A stretch of 64,000 nucleotides of DNA from Spirochaetia bacterium (lineage in GTDB: Bacteria; Spirochaetota; Spirochaetia; SP-2023), in NCBI GenBank assembly GCA_965263295.1, contig OZ253665.1, positions 2,144,001 through 2,208,000 of the forward strand, in the 5' to 3' direction. Positions 57,178 through 64,000 of the stretch are shown here, one piece after another. Each line of letters starts with the position of its first letter. The stretch's first letter is position 1. The translations under genes were made by a program, and so were the position numbers. The notes under the pieces are model-generated. The model was not told where the DNA came from and did no database searches. It was given only the letters and a program-made list of their open reading frames with translations.

Positions 57178-57252
57178 TCATTTGATGCTAAAGTTTTTCA
57201 GAAAAATGTACACCCTCTGCATAAAAAATTAAGCTTTTGTGTTGCTATGAGC

Positions 57253-57281
57253 TTGACAGTTGAGGATGAGATCATTAAATT
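57253..57281 (+). promoter_or_regulatory. Sigma70 promoter directly upstream of 23S rRNA
   Basis: TTGACA-N17-TAAATT. Confidence 0.8.
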
Positions 57282-57307
57282 ACGCTTCACCCTCCAGCGA
57301 GAGGGGG

Positions 57308-57319
57308 CGCTCTTTGACA
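57308..57319 (+). promoter_or_regulatory. rrn boxA antitermination element
   Basis: CGCTCTTTGACA versus consensus TGCTCTTTAACA. Confidence 0.75.
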
Positions 57320-57345
57320 GCAAAGCGAAGGATGAGTAATAATAT

Positions 57346-60291
<2,946 letters not shown>

Positions 60292-60343
60292 TATTATTGC
60301 CCATCCTTGGCGTGATTTGAGCGTTATAGTTTTGTATGATAAT

Positions 60344-60453
60344 GCCGGTGACGATAGCGAAGAGGAAACACCTGAAACCATTCCGAACTCAGTAGTTAAG
60401 CTCTTCAGCGCCGATGGTACTAGCGAGAGCTGGGAGAGTAGGTCGTTGCCGGC
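60344..60453 (+). rRNA. rrf: 5S ribosomal RNA
   Basis: GCCGG...CCATTCCGAACTC..GTTAAG..CGCCGATGGTAC..GGGAGAGTAGGTCGTTGCCGGC, followed by a T-tract. Confidence 0.97.
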
Positions 60454-60479
60454 TTTTTTTGTATTCTAAGGGCAGAGTC

Positions 60480-60519
60480 GCCCTGGGGATATAATTATAT
60501 ATAATTATATCCCCAGGGC
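60480..60519. repeat. Perfect 40-bp palindrome downstream of 5S
   Basis: GCCCTGGGGATATAATTATA|TATAATTATATCCCCAGGGC is its own reverse complement. Confidence 0.95.
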
Positions 60520-60710
60520 ATAAAAATATTAGATGAAATAGCTGAGTCAGTTATGGACAAACTTTTGTCGCCTCAGGCACAAAGAAAACCCGGCCACCAA
60601 AATCGGAATATCAAGTGGCAAAGAAATGGGGTCTTATGTTCTGGCGGAATTAATGGCTTTTTCGAACCGCTAAAAAATTTTGTTAAATGATAATCCTAGA
60701 ATAATGGGTT

Positions 60711-60941
60711 CTAGATTACTTTTTTGACCAAGCCAGCTTTCAGACAGCGGGTACATATTTTCATGCGTTGGAGCTTGCCATTGTATATCCCTTTGACCTG
60801 CACTAAGTTGGGCTTGAAGGTGCGGGGCACACGCTTAACGACATGCTGGCCGGCACCGCCTTCTTTCTTAGGTAAGCCTTTACGAGGTACAGAATTGCCA
60901 AAAGTAGTACCCTTGTTGCAAATGTCGCAAACTCTTGCCAT
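60711..60941 (-). CDS. rpmB: 50S ribosomal protein L28 (long-loop, zinc-binding type)
   Basis: MARVCDICNKG..GNSV..RKGLPKKEGGAG..RTFKPNL..KICTRCLK. Confidence 0.95.
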   Translation of the reverse strand: MARVCDICNKGTTFGNSVPRKGLPKKEGGAGQHVVKRVPRTFKPNLVQVKGIYNGKLQRMKICTRCLKAGLVKKVI

Positions 60942-61466
60942 TGTCATTCTCCTGGATATTAGAGGATCTCTTATTATAGGGAAACACTTGTAAAAGGGGC
61001 CCCCAAGGGAGGGCACTTTCAACATAGGGGATTCAAGATACTGCAATACTGCTTCTTGTCAATGGCAACCAGCAGTTTTATGGCGTTTTTATATCGTTTA
61101 AATGTGCGAGCCGATTTTTTTGCCAACGTTTTGTTTGGGGTTTGGTGGCGGGCTTTAAATTCGTTCCGAGGTTGAGAAAACACTTACTGCAAATCCTGGT
61201 GTTCGGTCATCTAGAGATTTAGCTATAATTGTGATTGCTCTGGCAATGCTTCGCACTAATTGATGTTTGTCATGATTAAAGTTATCCTGTCTTTCGTGGC
61301 AAGTTTTACGAAGTTGCGAAAAAACGTAGAGGGGGACCTTGGCATAAGTCAGGGATTATTTTGCCGTAGATTAAAGTTTTGTGTTTGAGCTTTGCTGAAA
61401 ATTATATCTGCTTGTATTAAAAATTGATCTTCCTCTTTACAGTTGCGCGGTGCATAGGAGGGAAAT

Positions 61467-61982
61467 ATGAAAGCATATTCAAGGTGCCAGGTCCAAGAGC
61501 GGCACTCTAAGGCTGAAAGCTGGCTACCGGTGGCTTTATTCTTTCTTGTCACGATGGGGATTTGGCAGCCTTTACAGGCCGACGGTGAGGTTAAACACCT
61601 TCGGACCGAGTTGGTACGCAAGGCGGCAAAATACATCGGTACGCCTTATCTATACGGTGGTGTTACTCCAAAAGGCTTTGATTGCAGCGGTTTTATTAAC
61701 TATATTTATGGCCCTCACATTAAAAATCTACCGCGCCGCACCCAGGACTTTGTTCGCTATGGCCGTAAAGTGGCTTTCAATAAATTGAGGCCTGGAGACT
61801 TATTGTTATTCAGTACTATCCCCGGCAGCGCCCAAATTACCCATATTTCTTTATATATAGGCAAGGGATGTGTGATTCACGCTATATCTGATGGGCCTAA
61901 AACGGGTATTCAGATCAGCGATGCGAGCAGAGGCTATTGGAATCAGCGCTTGCGTTATGCTCGTCGCATTCTGCCTGACTAG
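61467..61982 (+). CDS. NlpC/P60 (C40) peptidoglycan peptidase
   Basis: IGTPYLYGG..GFDCSGF, PGDLLLF, HISLYIG, IHA; N-terminal signal. Confidence 0.93.
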   Translation: MKAYSRCQVQERHSKAESWLPVALFFLVTMGIWQPLQADGEVKHLRTELVRKAAKYIGTPYLYGGVTPKGFDCSGFINYIYGPHIKNLPRRTQDFVRYGRKVAFNKLRPGDLLLFSTIPGSAQITHISLYIGKGCVIHAISDGPKTGIQISDASRGYWNQRLRYARRILPD

Positions 61983-62070
61983 TTGGCTTTCAGTTTGCTA
62001 AAACGCGACTGGTCGTGTTTCAGGATTGGCGGTGTTAAGGTTCTTTGGGCGCCCGGATGGGCCGGGGAGC

Positions 62071-63573
62071 TTACTTTTGTGGCCCCATTTGAACAGGGGC
62101 AATACTTTGGGGTTGTGTCACACCATAGAAACTATTGATTACTAGGCTGCCGTCGGTACCAACCTGGCGTTGGCCATAGCTGCCCAGCAGGAAGTTCTCG
62201 CCGCTTTTGCCTTGTTTTTCACCGCTATACAGGGCAAAAGCGGCATACAATGCGGCATACGCCAGAGCGCCGTATTGTAGGGGTACCAATAGCTGGATAT
62301 TGCCGCTAGCTATTAGAGGATCGCTCAGGTCTTTCCAGCCTAGTCCTGCAAGCTTGAGACCCAGGCCGTAGCGCTGGAGCACCTGGGCGCTGCTATAGAG
62401 CAATAGAGGTTCCAGCGCTACGATGCGGCCATTGGCACCAAGATTGATTGCCAGTCGGCGCAGTTCTTCCTGGCTATCAATGCGCAGCGGGTTGAGGAAG
62501 CGTACCGCTTGAATATAGTCGCGATTGCGGCTAATATTGTCACGCATTTGGCGGTAGATTACACGGGTAAATGGTGCTTGACTGGAGCCGAAGAGGACTA
62601 AGGCTGCCGGCTGGTGTCGAGCGGAAGTATTTAAGCGCACTTCTCCTTTTTCATTGTTGCCGCTGCCAGCCGGCGCACTTGTTCCTGTGAGAAACTGAGT
62701 CAAGCTGCGCAGCAAAGCGCCTAAGCTGGTCGGGCGGATATTGAGGTCTACGAAGCCTCGTTTGTCTGTCTCCTGTCGTGTTTGTCTGAGAGCTGCAGGA
62801 GGAACTGGGGCAGATCGTGGTTTGGTCGCAATGTTCAGTCCAGTCTGGTCGGCGTAAGGTAGTGGCGTGCCGCCTCCATCAATAGGATTACCCTGATGAT
62901 CTTGATCCAGCCGCTGGCCGCGGTCGGCATTCTCGCTCAAGATACTGTCTGGGGTACTTCTGGTGTAGGGGTAATTATCAGGGCTTTGCGAATTTTTATA
63001 AGCGCGCAGATGGCGTTCATTCCGCCGGTTTGTCAGAGGGGATTGTGAATGTATGGGCTTACTGGCAAAACCGCAGTAGATGACAAACAGTCCGGCTTGC
63101 CGTGCCTGCCGCAAGCTTTCGTCCATATCTGGCAGCTCGTCACCAAAAAATACTAATACGTCATAGCCTCCTGTGATGATTTGCCGGAATTGTTGTTTCT
63201 TCCAGGCGATATGTGCCAGATAGTTAGTCTTTAAATTTTCGCTACTGGTCCCAAAGCCTGGAGTCTGCCCTTGGCGCAGCTGTTGTTCGCGGCGCAGTGT
63301 TCGTTCGGCCTGGACTCGTTCGCGCCGGCTGAGTTTTGGCTCCGCTGCTTGCCCAAAAATGACAGCGTTGACTTGACTCAATTCATCCATTGCCCGTTGC
63401 AGACCTTCTTTGACATTGCGGTAAGCCGAGGGATGGGCATAGCTGAGTAAGACGGCGACCTGTAAAAATTTCTGGCGCTTCAGGTCTGTCGGGGCGGGAG
63501 TTTTGCAGCTGGTGATTAGCCATATGCTCAGGGCATACAGCGCCAACAGGCGATATTTCGGCAGGCGGAGCAT
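62071..63573 (-). CDS. Lipoprotein with a diverged RhaS/LsrB-like periplasmic-binding-protein fold and large insertions
   Basis: Lipobox ITSC; QIITGGYDVLVF..DESLRQARQAGLFVI; LKLAGLG..LIASGNI..YAALYAAFALYSGEKQGKSGENF..G..GQRQVGTDG. Confidence 0.6.
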   Translation of the reverse strand: MLRLPKYRLLALYALSIWLITSCKTPAPTDLKRQKFLQVAVLLSYAHPSAYRNVKEGLQRAMDELSQVNAVIFGQAAEPKLSRRERVQAERTLRREQQLRQGQTPGFGTSSENLKTNYLAHIAWKKQQFRQIITGGYDVLVFFGDELPDMDESLRQARQAGLFVIYCGFASKPIHSQSPLTNRRNERHLRAYKNSQSPDNYPYTRSTPDSILSENADRGQRLDQDHQGNPIDGGGTPLPYADQTGLNIATKPRSAPVPPAALRQTRQETDKRGFVDLNIRPTSLGALLRSLTQFLTGTSAPAGSGNNEKGEVRLNTSARHQPAALVLFGSSQAPFTRVIYRQMRDNISRNRDYIQAVRFLNPLRIDSQEELRRLAINLGANGRIVALEPLLLYSSAQVLQRYGLGLKLAGLGWKDLSDPLIASGNIQLLVPLQYGALAYAALYAAFALYSGEKQGKSGENFLLGSYGQRQVGTDGSLVINSFYGVTQPQSIAPVQMGPQK

Positions 63574-64000
63574 AACTGGAGACTAGTATGCCAAAAGTAT
63601 GTCTGGAAGCAATAGCTGTCGTAGGGCAAATTGCTCTGGCCTCCTGCTGCTTCCTTGCGCCTAGGAATATTGAGTTTCTACGACTAAAAAGATACAACGG
63701 GAGGTAATGAAAATCCATGATTGAGAGCCTAAAAAGGATGGGGAAGAAAGAACCAAATGAGACTCGGCATGCGAGCCTGAGCGGCTTATAATCGCACCTT
63801 AAGTGAGCTGCCTGTACCTAGTTTAGGAGGGCAACCCCAATCTATCTGCAAGGAGAATAACGTTTGCGACCTTCAAAGCTTTACTATAAGCTTGTTCTAG
63901 GCTATGTTCTAGGGGTGGGAATATTATTGCCAGCCGTCCCGCCGTCCTTACTGGCGGACGACTTGCGCTGGGCCGAGCAGGTATTGGAACCGCCAGAGCA

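Noticed and set aside
56400..57250. CRISPR-Cas locus suggested by Cas2-like VapD
   Set aside because: No repeat-spacer array and no cas1 or other cas genes anywhere in the window.

Overview
A 64 kb chromosomal window from a divergent spirochaete, judged from the FlbB collar protein, the FlgE lysinoalanine motif, an Rrp2-like sigma54 activator and spirochaete-type RpoA/L28. Order: end of a flagellar cluster (fliH-fliI-fliJ-flbB); the str/S10/spc/alpha ribosomal superoperon (rpsL to rplQ, without fusA, adk/map/infA or rpsD); tRNA-Pro(CGG); oppABCDF; an NrdG-like radical SAM gene; a hypothetical gene; a BamD-like lipoprotein; an MFS transporter; an inverted flgE-flbD-motA-motB unit with its own sigma28 promoter; cstA; rpmF-acpP-rnc; a degenerate cyclophilin-FKBP protein; an NtrC-family regulator; a VanY-type peptidase; pfk; a TPR/Mrr-like protein; RluA-like and PyrD-like genes; two LPP20-type lipoproteins; purA; tRNA-Leu(CAG). 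Next comes a mosaic variable zone (about 51.2-57.2 kb): a GC-rich ABC exporter triad, a CACGAAA inverted-repeat element, an (ATT)9 tract before an acidic surface lipoprotein, an orphan vapD and a possible integron-cassette relic. The window ends with an unlinked 23S-5S rRNA unit carrying unusual compensatory changes in helix 69, rpmB, an NlpC/P60 gene and a remodelled RhaS/LsrB-like lipoprotein. No CRISPR array, integrase or transposase was seen. Family calls are motif recognition by eye, not database searches. No complete novel multi-gene system is demonstrated; the best leads are the 51-57 kb zone, the H69 variant, the long palindromes and the degenerate exported proteins.
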